A stretch of DNA of 64,000 nucleotides from an uncultured delta proteobacterium (GTDB taxonomy: Bacteria > Desulfobacterota > Binatia > Binatales > Binataceae). Positions 50,534 to 61,044 of this stretch are shown in pieces. A program made the position numbers and the translations under genes. Position 1 is the first letter of the stretch; each line of letters begins with the position of its first letter. The stretch lies in contig CAWEEQ010000004.1 in NCBI GenBank assembly GCA_963808235.1, positions 3,648,001-3,712,000 on the forward strand, in the 5' to 3' direction. Below the pieces are notes generated by a model, which had not been told where the DNA came from, ran no database searches, and saw only the letters and a list, made by a program, of their open reading frames with translations.

Positions 50534-51358
50534 CTAATCTCTGCGTTTCGCGCCCTGCAGGATGTCGAACGGGGAGCGGCTCTTCTCACGTTTCAGCAGG
50601 ACGTAGGTCGCGCCGGCGCCGCCGTCGGCGGGGCGCGCGCTGGTGAATGCCAGCACGTGACCTCCGATTGCGCCGTGCGAGAGCCATCCCGCCGACGCAT
50701 GCTTGAGCACCGAGTGGCCGCCCGGCGATCGGAGTCCCCGTCCATGCACGACTAGCACCGTGCGCAGGCCCTTGCGCACCGACGCGAGGATGAACTCTTT
50801 CAGCGCTTCTTTGGCGTCGCCCTGGATGAGCCCGTGCATATCGAAATGCGCCTGCACCGCGAACTTGCCGCGGCGAAGTTCCGACACCAGCCGCGGGTCA
50901 AGGCCGACCCGATATCCCTCGACGTATTCGTCGGATTCCGTGATATCGAACGGCGCCTGCCCCGACACCAGGTCCGAGAGCAGTGCGATCACTTCCGCAT
51001 CTTCGTTGACGATGGTGTGGGTCGTGCGCGGCTCGACCGGGGTGCGAATCCGCCGATCGCCGTTTAAGGGTCGCACTCCCTCCAGCGCGCGCTGCAAAAT
51101 AGTCTCGTCATCGACGGCCTCGTCGCCGGGCAGTGCGTCGGATAGAACCTGCCGAGCTTGCGGAAGTCGATCCGCAACTTGATGCGCCGGCGCGGCAGCC
51201 TTGGGCGCGGCAGCCTTGGAATGGATCGGCGCCGCCTTCTTCGCGGCCTCCGCGAGCATCTTCTTGAGATCTTTGAATGGCGACGAAAAGCCTTCGCTCG
51301 GCGGCGCGGGCTTCGGAGGCGACGCTTTGGCGCCGCCATGCTTGCGTTTCTTTGCCAT
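50534..51358 (-). CDS. Smr/MutS2 domain protein
   Basis: DMHG, VVHGRG..S, GGAGATYVLL. Confidence 0.88.
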   Translation of the reverse strand: MAKKRKHGGAKASPPKPAPPSEGFSSPFKDLKKMLAEAAKKAAPIHSKAAAPKAAAPAHQVADRLPQARQVLSDALPGDEAVDDETILQRALEGVRPLNGDRRIRTPVEPRTTHTIVNEDAEVIALLSDLVSGQAPFDITESDEYVEGYRVGLDPRLVSELRRGKFAVQAHFDMHGLIQGDAKEALKEFILASVRKGLRTVLVVHGRGLRSPGGHSVLKHASAGWLSHGAIGGHVLAFTSARPADGGAGATYVLLKREKSRSPFDILQGAKRRD

Positions 51359-51527
51359 CGGGAGAAGTTAACCGATTCTGGTGAACCGGATCCGAATGTG
51401 CCCTCAAGTATTCGCCACGCTATCGCAAAAGAAAAGCGCACTCGAATTGGTGCGCATTTCGCGCGCATGGTCTAAGCTCTCGGCAAATGCGCCAATCGCA
51501 TCAACCGCCTGATGTGAGGATCCACCT

Positions 51528-54062
51528 ATGCGCCGCGTTCTCGTCATAGCTATCGCAGTTGTAGGAGCGATCGTGATCTTTATCGGCGCGGTCCTCTTCT
51601 ATGCCGCCGCCAACCTGAACTCGATCATCGCCGAGCGCCGGCAAACTATTCTGGACAAAGTGAGCGCATCGCTCGGACGCCCCGTTCATGCCGCCGACAT
51701 CAAGGCGTCTCTTGGATGGGGCATCATGGCCGACATAACCGGTGTTCAGGTCGGCGACGATCCCGCGATCTCGGACAAGCCGTTCATCGAGGCGAGCAAC
51801 GTCTACGCCAAGCTCCACCTGATACCGCTGCTGGCGCGGCAAATCGAAGTCGCCGAGGTGGTGCTCGACAAGCCGGTGATCAGAATCGTGCAGGGGCGCG
51901 ACGGAACCTACAACGTCTCGACCATCGGCAGGAACCGGCGCGAGCAAACTCGCGAGGCCGAGGCCAAGGGCCCGAAGACGCTCACCGAGACCGCCAAAGG
52001 CGGCTCGTCGGCGCTCGGCAGGTTGCAGGTGCGGGATTTCACAATCAATGACGGCACCGTGATCTACCAGGCGCCAGGCGCGCCGACCGGCGTGAGCATC
52101 AACGCGATCGACGTGGCGGTGCGGGATTTCGATTTCATATCGGCCTTCACCGTTGCCATCACCTTCGCCGCGGCGTCCGACAAGCAGAATTTCGATCTTT
52201 CGGCGACCGTCGGCCCGTTGATCAAAAACGGCGAGATCGACGTGGATGCGATTCCGCTGTCGGTCAAGGCGACCGTCGGCCCCATCCTGCTCTCTCAACT
52301 TAAGGAGGTCTCGATCCTGGCGAAATCGATTCCGCCCAAGCTCGCGATTGCCGACGGCGTAAGCTTCGAGGCATCGGCGGACGGCACAACGGGCGTTCTC
52401 AAGTTCAACGTGTCGAGCGATCTTGGTGCGAATGCGATCACGTTTGGCGACGCCTTCAACAAGCCCGCCGGTCTCCCGCTCAAGATATCCGCGCAAGGCG
52501 CGCGGACGGGATCCGCCGTCGGCGTGAGCCTTGCCAACGTGGCGCTCGACGACCTTGCGATGAAGGCGACTGATATCAAGGTCGGCGGGGGCACGACCTC
52601 GGCCCGCGTCGATACCAACAGTTTCGATCTCGCTTCGCTCGCCAAGGTTATTCCCGCGCTGGGCAAATACACCCTGTCCGGCAAATCCGAAATTCATAGC
52701 GACGTGACGATTGCGGATGGCAAGCCGTCGGCGCACGGGACCGTCTCGCTCGCGGATGTGGGCCTGTCCGAGCCCGATCAGAAAGCGCCGCCGCTGAGTC
52801 ATCTGAGCGGCAACGTGAAGCTGGCCGGCACCGGCGCCGACGTTGGTCCGCTAACGTTTAATCTCGGCGCGGCGCAGGCGACTTTGAGCTCCCAGGTCGA
52901 TCGGTTCCAGCCGTTGTCCGCGAGCTACAAGCTCAGCACGGCGTCGATTCATCCGGCGGACTTCGCGCCGTCGCGTCCGGCTGACGAGCAGGTGAACCAA
53001 CTGCTTGCGAAAGGCTCCGTGTCGATCCAGCCGATCGGCCCGATGGTGGACTCGCAGATCACGTCGGCATCGGGAAACCTCGCCAACGTCGCGTACCAGG
53101 ACTTGAACCTGTCGATATCGATCGAAGGAAAACGCGCGCGGGTCATTTCGCTCAAGCTGAAGGCGTTCTCGGGCGACATCGCCGCGACCGGGGAATCGCG
53201 GCTCGAGCCGGCGGCGCCGTTTAATGCCTCGATCAGTTTCACCAATCTAGACATCAAGCAGATGCTCGACGCGCAAAAGGCCAAGGCCGCGGGCACCCTG
53301 CGCGGCACGCTCGGCGGCAACATGAACGTCTCGGCCAGGGGTGGCAGCTTCGAGGATATGAAACCCACGATGAAGGGTGCGGGCAGGCTCGAGCTGACCA
53401 ACGGCAAGCTCATCGGCGTCAATATCGGCGGAGAGGCGCTGAAGAAAGTGCAGAACCTGCCCGCGATCGGCAACCTGGTTCCGGCCCCCGTCGTCCAGAA
53501 TCATCCCGAGCTGTTCAGCAATCCCGACACGGACATCCAGACCGCGAGCCTGAGCTACGTTCTCGCCGGCCCGCGAATTACCTCGCACGACATCAAGGTG
53601 CAGACCGTCGATTACAACCTGCTCGGCGATGGATGGTTCGACATGGACAAGAACATCGACATGGCGGCGCGGATCGTGCTCTCGCCGCAATTCAGCAAGG
53701 AGCTGATCGAGCAGAAGCAGCAGGTCTCGTTCGTTGCGAATCGCGACGGGCAAATCGACATCCCGCTGCAGATATCCGGGCAGTTGCCCAAGCCGAGCAT
53801 CCTGCCCGACGTTACCGAACTCGCGCAGCGGGCGGGACAGCACGCGGTCCAGGCGCAGGGTCAGAAGTACCTCGGCAAGGTCTTCGGCAAGAAGGGACTT
53901 CCGGGCGGCCTGGGTAAATTTTTCGGCACCGATTCGAGCGGAGGATCGGATAGCGGCGCCGGCGACGGAAGCGGATCGGCGGGCAGCGGCGGCGGCGCCC
54001 CAGCAGGCGGAGGATCAAATCCACCGCCGAACCCACTCGATCAGTTAAAGAAGTTGTTTTAG
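51528..54062 (+). CDS. AsmA-family envelope protein
   Basis: N-terminal TM anchor, long beta-rich body, IPLQISG.L.KP C-terminal motif. Confidence 0.82.
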   Translation: MRRVLVIAIAVVGAIVIFIGAVLFYAAANLNSIIAERRQTILDKVSASLGRPVHAADIKASLGWGIMADITGVQVGDDPAISDKPFIEASNVYAKLHLIPLLARQIEVAEVVLDKPVIRIVQGRDGTYNVSTIGRNRREQTREAEAKGPKTLTETAKGGSSALGRLQVRDFTINDGTVIYQAPGAPTGVSINAIDVAVRDFDFISAFTVAITFAAASDKQNFDLSATVGPLIKNGEIDVDAIPLSVKATVGPILLSQLKEVSILAKSIPPKLAIADGVSFEASADGTTGVLKFNVSSDLGANAITFGDAFNKPAGLPLKISAQGARTGSAVGVSLANVALDDLAMKATDIKVGGGTTSARVDTNSFDLASLAKVIPALGKYTLSGKSEIHSDVTIADGKPSAHGTVSLADVGLSEPDQKAPPLSHLSGNVKLAGTGADVGPLTFNLGAAQATLSSQVDRFQPLSASYKLSTASIHPADFAPSRPADEQVNQLLAKGSVSIQPIGPMVDSQITSASGNLANVAYQDLNLSISIEGKRARVISLKLKAFSGDIAATGESRLEPAAPFNASISFTNLDIKQMLDAQKAKAAGTLRGTLGGNMNVSARGGSFEDMKPTMKGAGRLELTNGKLIGVNIGGEALKKVQNLPAIGNLVPAPVVQNHPELFSNPDTDIQTASLSYVLAGPRITSHDIKVQTVDYNLLGDGWFDMDKNIDMAARIVLSPQFSKELIEQKQQVSFVANRDGQIDIPLQISGQLPKPSILPDVTELAQRAGQHAVQAQGQKYLGKVFGKKGLPGGLGKFFGTDSSGGSDSGAGDGSGSAGSGGGAPAGGGSNPPPNPLDQLKKLF

Positions 54063-54065
54063 AAA

Positions 54066-54099
54066 AATTGCCTCTCCCTGTTATGGGAGAGGCAAATTT
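54066..54099. repeat. REP-like hairpin / bidirectional terminator
   Basis: AATTGCCTCTCCC-TGTTAT-GGGAGAGGCAAATT between convergent genes. Confidence 0.65.
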
Positions 54100-54103
54100 C
54101 AGA

Positions 54104-55294
54104 TCAGGATTGGGTGACCGGCTTGGCGATGATGGCTGGCGCCGGGGCGGATTTTGCCGCGTCGTTGTCGGATGCGGTCGCGCCGTCGCTCTTCGCGCTG
54201 TTCGCCTTCTGCCGTAACTGGATCAGCATCGTGCGCAGTTTGGCGGGATTCACCGGTTTCTTGAACAACGCGCCTTCCAGACCGCGGAGCCGCGAGCGCT
54301 TCAGGATGTGATCCTTGTCGTAGTAGTAGGCGGTCATCAGGATCACCGGCAGCGACGGCATCTCTTCCTTGACCTTCAGGTAGAAATCGTAGCCGTCCAT
54401 CTCGGGCATCACAACGTCGGAAATCACCGCATCCACCTTGACGTTGCGCAGGATTCCAAATGCTGCGGATGGGCGGGTCGCGCAGTTGACGACGCATCGC
54501 TCGGCGCGGAGCAGGTCGGCGAGCGAATTCACCACGGCGGTATCGTCGTCGAGCACCAGGATCGACATCCCATCGAGGGGCCGCGCGGCGCTCATGCGTT
54601 CGGCTTCTTGAGGACGCACGCGTCCTTTGTCGCCTTCGCGCGGCGCGAGATCCGCCATCCGCTTGCCGGCCAGATAGTCGCGGGTTTCGTACTCGCCGCG
54701 GCGGGTCATCTCGTCGAGGCGGCGGACGATGGCCTGCACGCGCTCGATCGAGGTTCGAATCGAGTCGAGACGCTCGTTCTCAACGACTTTTTCCGACTCG
54801 CTCAGCCGCTCCTGGACGCATCGCGAGAGCAAATCGATGTTGTTGGTGATCGATTCCAGCGGATTGTTGATTTCATGCGCGAGGCTGACTGCGATTTCGC
54901 CCGCGGTGGCGAGCTGTTGCGCGTGGCGCAGCCGGCGGATATCGCGCGCGAAGCCGATCGAACCGGCTTCCTTGCCGTCATCCTCGTGGATCAGCGAACC
55001 CGAAATCATCACCGGGATCAGCTCGCCCGCCTTGTTGCGGAAGACCGTCTCGAAGCTGGCGATGCGGCCTTTGTCCGACGAATCGCGCATCGCCTTCATC
55101 ACCCGGCGGGCTTCTTCAAGCGAGCTATAGATGCTGGAGCAGTTCTGGCCGATGATTTCTTCGGAGCTGTAGCCGAGGCTGGTTCGCGCGCCCTCGTTGT
55201 AATAATTCACGATGCCGTCGATATCTACGGCGATTACGATATCCGACGAGCTCTCTATAAGACGCTGAAGGTGTTTTTGATCGAGCGGCAACAT
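54104..55294 (-). CDS. PAS-HisKA-receiver protein lacking HATPase domain
   Basis: PAS/PAC, LAHEINNPL H-box, LDDD..SDVVMP..KKP receiver; no N/G1/G2 boxes. Confidence 0.85.
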   Translation of the reverse strand: MLPLDQKHLQRLIESSSDIVIAVDIDGIVNYYNEGARTSLGYSSEEIIGQNCSSIYSSLEEARRVMKAMRDSSDKGRIASFETVFRNKAGELIPVMISGSLIHEDDGKEAGSIGFARDIRRLRHAQQLATAGEIAVSLAHEINNPLESITNNIDLLSRCVQERLSESEKVVENERLDSIRTSIERVQAIVRRLDEMTRRGEYETRDYLAGKRMADLAPREGDKGRVRPQEAERMSAARPLDGMSILVLDDDTAVVNSLADLLRAERCVVNCATRPSAAFGILRNVKVDAVISDVVMPEMDGYDFYLKVKEEMPSLPVILMTAYYYDKDHILKRSRLRGLEGALFKKPVNPAKLRTMLIQLRQKANSAKSDGATASDNDAAKSAPAPAIIAKPVTQS

Positions 55295-55334
55295 TATTTT
55301 TATTTATTTTTGTCCGTGTTTAAAATTCCGAGAC

Positions 55335-55751
55335 TTAATCCCCGCTGCGGAGCCGGAACTTCGGAATCGATACATCGTCACTCAGCTTTTCAAACATCAC
55401 CTCGACCGGCATCCCGCATTTAATCTCGTGCGGCTTGACGCCGATTAGGTTCGATACGAATTTGCATCCTTCCTCAAGTTCGACAACCACCACCGCGTAA
55501 GGAACCTCGGCGGCGAAACCGGGATGATAGACCTGATGCATAATATTAAAGCTAAACACTTTTCCGCGGCCCGTGACGGAGACCCAGCTCGACTTCGTCG
55601 AGTTGCACTTCGAGCATAGCTCGTAAGCGGGAAATCGCAGCATGCCGCAGCCGCCGCACTTCTGAACCATCAGGCGGCCAGCGCGAGCGCCGTCAAAAAA
55701 CTCCCGCATTTCGGGCGTAATTGCTGGAATTGGTTTACTGATTGACGGCAT
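55335..55751 (-). CDS. DUF35 Zn-ribbon/OB-fold protein
   Basis: QKCGGCG..CSKC, PYAVVVVELEEG. Confidence 0.88.
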   Translation of the reverse strand: MPSISKPIPAITPEMREFFDGARAGRLMVQKCGGCGMLRFPAYELCSKCNSTKSSWVSVTGRGKVFSFNIMHQVYHPGFAAEVPYAVVVVELEEGCKFVSNLIGVKPHEIKCGMPVEVMFEKLSDDVSIPKFRLRSGD

Positions 55752-55807
55752 ATACAGGTTGACGTTCCGCGTTTTCACGCAACCGCGTGACAGGTCGCGA
55801 TTGGGGT

Positions 55808-56977
55808 TCAGGGATGCGAGCCAAGGACAAGTGTCGAATGGGTAGCAAGGATACCGCCGTTGCCGGAAACGAGTCCAACCTCGTGTTTAGGCACCTGTCG
55901 ACGGCCGCCATCGCCACGAATCTGGACGATCGCCTCGCTGACCGGGGTCATCCCCCACATATAGAAGGAGCTTAGCTGGCCGCCGCCGGTATTTACTGGA
56001 ATCGAGCCGCCGGGGCCGATTGCGCCGCCGGCAACGAACGGGCCGCCTTCGCCTTTTTCGCAGAAGCCGTAATCCTCGAGCGTGACCAACACCGTGAAGG
56101 TATAGCAATCGTAGATTTCGCAGAAATCCACGTCATTCAAGCTGATATCCGCCATCTTGAACGCGGTCGTTTTGGCGATCGGTGCGCCCGAGACCAGCGT
56201 TTCCATCGGGTCACCGCCGGGATGCCCCTGCGCCATCCCTAATATATAGACGGGCGGACGCTTAAGATTCTTCGCGCGCTCGGCCGACGTCACGATAACC
56301 GCCAGACCGCCGTTCGAGACGAGGCAGCAGTCGTACAGATGGAACGGCTCAACGACCCATCGTGAGGCATGGTAATCGGCTAGCGACATCGGGGTGTCGA
56401 AAAATTGGGCGTCGGGATTCGAGTTGGCCCACGCGCGCTCGGCGACGGCGACCGCACCAAGGTGATCGCTGGTGGTGCCGTAGCGATGCATATGGCGCTG
56501 GGCGACGAATGCATACTGAGCATTGACGCCGAACAGTCCGTAGTGGGCGTTGAGTCCCTGGGCATACCCGTAAGCGCTCGCGGAACCCTCGCCTTTGCCC
56601 TTGCTGGGCGATGGTGGACGAAGCGGAGCGTCGGCGAATACGCATGCGACGCACTCTGCCATGCCGGCCGCGATCGATTGCGCCGCATGCATGACCATCG
56701 CGGCCGCGGTCGCGCCGCCAAGATTCATCGTCGCGGTCAGACGGAGATTGCGCAGCCCCATCGCCTGCTGCAACGAGTACGACGCCATCGGATTGTTGAA
56801 CCAGGTGATACCGGGATTGACGAGCAGGCCGTCAAGGTCGGAGTGCTCGAGGCCGGCGTCGGCGAGGGCGAGGTTGACGGCCTCGGCAGCGAAGCCGGCC
56901 GGGCCGGGATGATCGAAGTTCTTGCCCATCCGGGTCTGTCCGAGCCCGGCGATCGCGCATTTTGCACGTAAGTCCAT
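55808..56977 (-). CDS. Thiolase-superfamily protein (SCP2-thiolase/Ltp2-like)
   Basis: DCCLVSNG, EIYDCYTF, PVNTGGGQLS; paired with DUF35. Confidence 0.88.
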   Translation of the reverse strand: MDLRAKCAIAGLGQTRMGKNFDHPGPAGFAAEAVNLALADAGLEHSDLDGLLVNPGITWFNNPMASYSLQQAMGLRNLRLTATMNLGGATAAAMVMHAAQSIAAGMAECVACVFADAPLRPPSPSKGKGEGSASAYGYAQGLNAHYGLFGVNAQYAFVAQRHMHRYGTTSDHLGAVAVAERAWANSNPDAQFFDTPMSLADYHASRWVVEPFHLYDCCLVSNGGLAVIVTSAERAKNLKRPPVYILGMAQGHPGGDPMETLVSGAPIAKTTAFKMADISLNDVDFCEIYDCYTFTVLVTLEDYGFCEKGEGGPFVAGGAIGPGGSIPVNTGGGQLSSFYMWGMTPVSEAIVQIRGDGGRRQVPKHEVGLVSGNGGILATHSTLVLGSHP

Positions 56978-57206
56978 AGCGGTTATTTCTTACGCTGTTT
57001 TGCAAGGGGCTTCCAGCGCCGGAACGAATGTTCATACCGCGCCGTCAGTCCGAGGAGGGCGTATCCAGATCAAATGCGGGAACGTCATAGAGGTACGATA
57101 TCGTGACTGCGGGGCTTGGTTTATCCTGTGGCAGTCTCGTATTCTAATTGGTCGGTTGCCAAGATCGGCAGCTTGAACCTACAATCAGCATTGGGAGATT
57201 TGCGAA

Positions 57207-58508
57207 ATGGCCGACCCGCTTAGCTTCGAGGCGCTCGCGAGCAGCGAATACGTGCTCTCCAGCGCGGAAAACTTCGTCCTTTACGTCCTGCTCGAAGCGG
57301 TGGCCCGCGGCAAAGGTGGCGGTGGCGGTACCCGCGTGCCACTAAACCTGGGCGTCGTTATCGACCGCTCGGGTTCGATGTACGATGAGCGGCGCCTCGA
57401 ATTCGTGGTCGAGGCCGTCAAGTTCCTGGCCGGCAATCTGAACAGCGATGACAAGGTCTCGATCGTCGTGTTCGCGGACTCGGCGCGAGTGATCCTGACC
57501 CCGGAGGCGTCGCGCGACAAGAGCGCTGTCATCAGGGCTCTCGACGATATCGATCAGCTCGAAATCGGCGGCGGCACGCAAATGGCACTCGGGATGAAGG
57601 CGGCGATCGACGAGGTCAAGAAAAATTTGAGCGGCGATCGGCTCAACCGCGTCCTGGTGCTGACCGACGGGCAGACCTACCAGGAGACGGCGTGTATCGA
57701 CCTGGTCGAGAAGAATCGCGATCAGATTTCGTTCTCGACCATGGGCGTCGGCGTGGAGTTCAACGAGAAGCTGCTGCAGCGGTTGGCGGAAGAATCGAAC
57801 GGCAAATATCATTTCATCGGCGATCCGGCCGAGATTCCCGGTATTTTCGAAGACGAGCTCGAAGGGCTGCGCTCGGTCACGCTGCGCAACGGGCGAATCG
57901 AAGTGACGCTGTCGCAGGGCGTCCAGGTGCGCGAGGCGTTTCGCGCGTCGCCGGAAATCTATGTGCTCGGCACTCCGCTCATTGGCGAGGATCGCAAGAT
58001 CGGCTACGAGATAGGCGACCTGCAGGCCGGAGTGCCCGGCTCGGTGCTGCTCACGCTGGTGCTTCCGCCGCGCAAGCCGGGACAGGTCCGAATCCTGCAA
58101 AGTAATTTTCACTACGAAGTTCCCGGCGCCGGCGAGGCGACCGCGACTTGCGATCTCGCAGTCGATTACACGCTCGATCGCACGCTCACCAGCAAGCGCA
58201 ACGGCCGGGTGATGAACCTGGTCGACCAGGTCTCGATCGCAAAGCTGCAGGCGAAAGCGGAAGAGGAACTCAAGGCGGGCAACGTCGATCGCGCGACGCG
58301 GCTACTCGGCAACGCGCTGCAGGGCACCCAGCGGATGGGCAACGTGAAGGCGACCCAGGCGCTGGCGGGCCTGATGGATCAAATCAAGAAGACCCAGACC
58401 CTGCAGACCAAGGCGGCAAAAACCACGCTGCTCCAGGCGCAGGCGGTGGTGCGCAAAACACAGATGCTCGATCCGGAAGCTTTGAAGGATTTTCAGAAGT
58501 CTGAATAA
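57207..58508 (+). CDS. vWA domain protein
   Basis: MIDAS DRSGSM, GGGT, LTDG. Confidence 0.9.
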   Translation: MADPLSFEALASSEYVLSSAENFVLYVLLEAVARGKGGGGGTRVPLNLGVVIDRSGSMYDERRLEFVVEAVKFLAGNLNSDDKVSIVVFADSARVILTPEASRDKSAVIRALDDIDQLEIGGGTQMALGMKAAIDEVKKNLSGDRLNRVLVLTDGQTYQETACIDLVEKNRDQISFSTMGVGVEFNEKLLQRLAEESNGKYHFIGDPAEIPGIFEDELEGLRSVTLRNGRIEVTLSQGVQVREAFRASPEIYVLGTPLIGEDRKIGYEIGDLQAGVPGSVLLTLVLPPRKPGQVRILQSNFHYEVPGAGEATATCDLAVDYTLDRTLTSKRNGRVMNLVDQVSIAKLQAKAEEELKAGNVDRATRLLGNALQGTQRMGNVKATQALAGLMDQIKKTQTLQTKAAKTTLLQAQAVVRKTQMLDPEALKDFQKSE

Positions 58509-58564
58509 TGTATTTTGAGACTGGAACAACGGAACTGCCTACTCCCCAATCGAGGGCCTAGAAA

Positions 58565-59239
58565 ATGATCAAATGCGGCGAATGCGGCTACGAAAACATG
58601 GACGGACTTGATTACTGCGACGGATGCGGCGCGAAGCTCGCGGCCGCCGCGGGAGGCAGCTCCTCCGCTGGGACTGCCGCACCCGCGGCTCCCGCCGCAG
58701 AGAACAAGAGCGAGACTCCAGCTGAGCCGAGCGCGGAAAGTATCGACGCGAACGCGACTCCGTCGCTCGCCGCCGATGCGAAGCCCGACGGCGAAGCGCC
58801 GACCTCTGAAACTCCGACCGGAGATCTGAAGAAGGAAGCGGCGGAAGCACCTGCGGCGGCAAGCGCCGATGCGGCGGCGCCGTCGGCAGCACCGGCTGCG
58901 TTCAAGGCCAAGCTCTCGGTCGTTCGCGGCGGACGCAAGGGCCAGGAGTTCCCGCTCGAAGACGGCAACAACCTGATTGGGCGATGGGATCCGGAGACCG
59001 GATCGTTTCCCGAAGTGGATCTCGACGCCGACGATCCGGAGGCCAAGATTTCACGCAAGCATGCGCTGATACGAATCGATGGCGCCAAGATCACGATCGA
59101 GGATATCGGCAGCCTGAACGGCACCTACGTGAATCGTCAACCGCGCCTGTCGCCGGGCAGCCCAGCCGAGATCAAGTCGGGCGATGAGGTAATTATCGGG
59201 AAAACGTTCCTTAAGCTGGTGATCGAACCGATATCTTGA
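58565..59239 (+). CDS. Zinc-ribbon + FHA domain protein
   Basis: CGECG..CDGCG; IGR..ISRKHA..GSLNGT. Confidence 0.9.
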   Translation: MIKCGECGYENMDGLDYCDGCGAKLAAAAGGSSSAGTAAPAAPAAENKSETPAEPSAESIDANATPSLAADAKPDGEAPTSETPTGDLKKEAAEAPAAASADAAAPSAAPAAFKAKLSVVRGGRKGQEFPLEDGNNLIGRWDPETGSFPEVDLDADDPEAKISRKHALIRIDGAKITIEDIGSLNGTYVNRQPRLSPGSPAEIKSGDEVIIGKTFLKLVIEPIS

Positions 59240-59313
59240 TCACCCTGCCCTTAAGCGCGCTCGAGAGTTTTGACCGCGTGCGCGGAAGTAATCGAGGGCT
59301 TTTGTAAATTTTT

Positions 59314-61038
59314 ATGAATGCGGGTGAGGAGCTCACCGAGGGCCATCTTCTCGACGGTCGCTACCGCGTCAAGAAGGTCCTTGGCGTGGGAGGGATGGGT
59401 CGCGTCTACCTGTCCAATGACACGCGGCTCGCAAACCGTCCGGTCGCGGTCAAAGAGATGATCGTCGGCGACGGAATCCAGGAGAAGAAAGCGATCGAGG
59501 ACTTCACCCGCGAGGCCAACGTGCTCGCGCGCCTGTCGCATCCGGGAATTCCGACTCTCATCGATCACTTTGCCGAGAACCAGCGCCAGTACCTGGTGAT
59601 GGAATTCGTCGCGGGCGGTGACCTGCAAGCGGTGCTCGACAAGCTCGGACCGGGCGGCAAGCTCGACGAGGACAAGGTCCTTCGATGGGCGCGGCAGATG
59701 CTCGAGGTGCTGGATTTTCTGCACGCGCAGAAGCCGCCGATTATTTATCGGGATCTGAAACCCGGCAACATCATGATCGACAAGGACGGCCGCGCGATGC
59801 TGATCGATTTCGGTATCGCGCGCTTTCTGCCGCCGGGCGGACGCGGCACCCAAATCGGCTCGGTCGGATACGCTCCGCCCGAACAGTACATGGGCAAAGT
59901 CGAGCCGCGCTCGGACCTCTACTCGCTGGCCGCCACCATGCATCATCTGCTGAGCGGACGCGACCCGCAGCTCGAGCCGCCATTCAGTTTTCCGCCGCTG
60001 CGCGGCCTCGCGCCCGAAGTTTCGGTCAAGACCGCCGAGGTCGTGATGCGCGCGCTCGAACAGGACATGACCAAGCGGCCGGGCGCGGCCAAAGAGATGC
60101 TGCGCGCGCTGCCGATACCGCCGCCGAAAGCCTCGGGGCAACTCGGCGCGAGCGCGGGCCTTGCGAACTCGCCGGAGCCGGTTTCCACGATGCCGACGGT
60201 GGTCTTTGACGGTGCTCGCGCGGAGCCAAAACGATCCTATTCAGGCACGCCAAGCGTATCGACGCCGTCGCGATCCAAAGCGCCGTCCTCGACGATGCCG
60301 ACGATCGTGCTCAGCGAGCCGGTCGCGGAGAAAGTCAAAAGTGGCGAAAGCCCGGCGGTGACCGCCGCCAGGATGGTCGGGCCGCAAATCAAGAAAGCGA
60401 TCGAACTTGGCGGCAGGGCGCGCGACCTGATCGAGCGGAGGCTCAAGTCACGCTTAGCCGCAATGAATTCCGGCGCCACACCGAGGGTCTCTTCGACCGC
60501 GAAAACCAGAGACTTGAAGCCGCTTAGCGGAGAGGCGTCATACGCCGCGCGGAGCGGATCGACGCAGGAATCTCCGCCGGCGAGCACGGCGCCGAAAAAA
60601 TGGTCGAGCGCGAAGTCCTCGCGCAACAACGCGCCCTTGAAAAGTTCGAGAGCAGACCGTCTGTTCGAGGAGATCAATTCCAACGGCCGCGACATCTCGA
60701 AGGCGCCGGCAAAGCTGGTGGCGCGCGGCGACGAAACCGAGTTCGGCATCTTCGGGATGCGGACTCTTATCGGGCGAACGCGAGACAGTAACGACGCCGG
60801 CGGCAGTGACAAACTCGATATCGACCTCAAGGGACTCGCGCGCGGCGCGGAGCGCGTATCGCGTCATCATGCGGAGATAATCAAACGCGGCGCGGATTAC
60901 TTTATCCGCGATTTAGGCAGCCTGAACGGCACCTACGTCGCGGGCCGCGGCAAGTTGGGTCGCGATCAACTCTACAAATTGAAGGATCGTGACCAAGTGG
61001 TGCTTGGTGGTGCTATATTGCAGTTTCGAAAAGGGTAG
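59314..61038 (+). CDS. Ser/Thr protein kinase with C-terminal FHA
   Basis: GVGGMG, VAVKE, YRDLKPGN, DFG, PPE; GR..VSRHHA..GSLNGT. Confidence 0.93.
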   Translation: MNAGEELTEGHLLDGRYRVKKVLGVGGMGRVYLSNDTRLANRPVAVKEMIVGDGIQEKKAIEDFTREANVLARLSHPGIPTLIDHFAENQRQYLVMEFVAGGDLQAVLDKLGPGGKLDEDKVLRWARQMLEVLDFLHAQKPPIIYRDLKPGNIMIDKDGRAMLIDFGIARFLPPGGRGTQIGSVGYAPPEQYMGKVEPRSDLYSLAATMHHLLSGRDPQLEPPFSFPPLRGLAPEVSVKTAEVVMRALEQDMTKRPGAAKEMLRALPIPPPKASGQLGASAGLANSPEPVSTMPTVVFDGARAEPKRSYSGTPSVSTPSRSKAPSSTMPTIVLSEPVAEKVKSGESPAVTAARMVGPQIKKAIELGGRARDLIERRLKSRLAAMNSGATPRVSSTAKTRDLKPLSGEASYAARSGSTQESPPASTAPKKWSSAKSSRNNAPLKSSRADRLFEEINSNGRDISKAPAKLVARGDETEFGIFGMRTLIGRTRDSNDAGGSDKLDIDLKGLARGAERVSRHHAEIIKRGADYFIRDLGSLNGTYVAGRGKLGRDQLYKLKDRDQVVLGGAILQFRKG

Positions 61039-61044
61039 CGGCGC

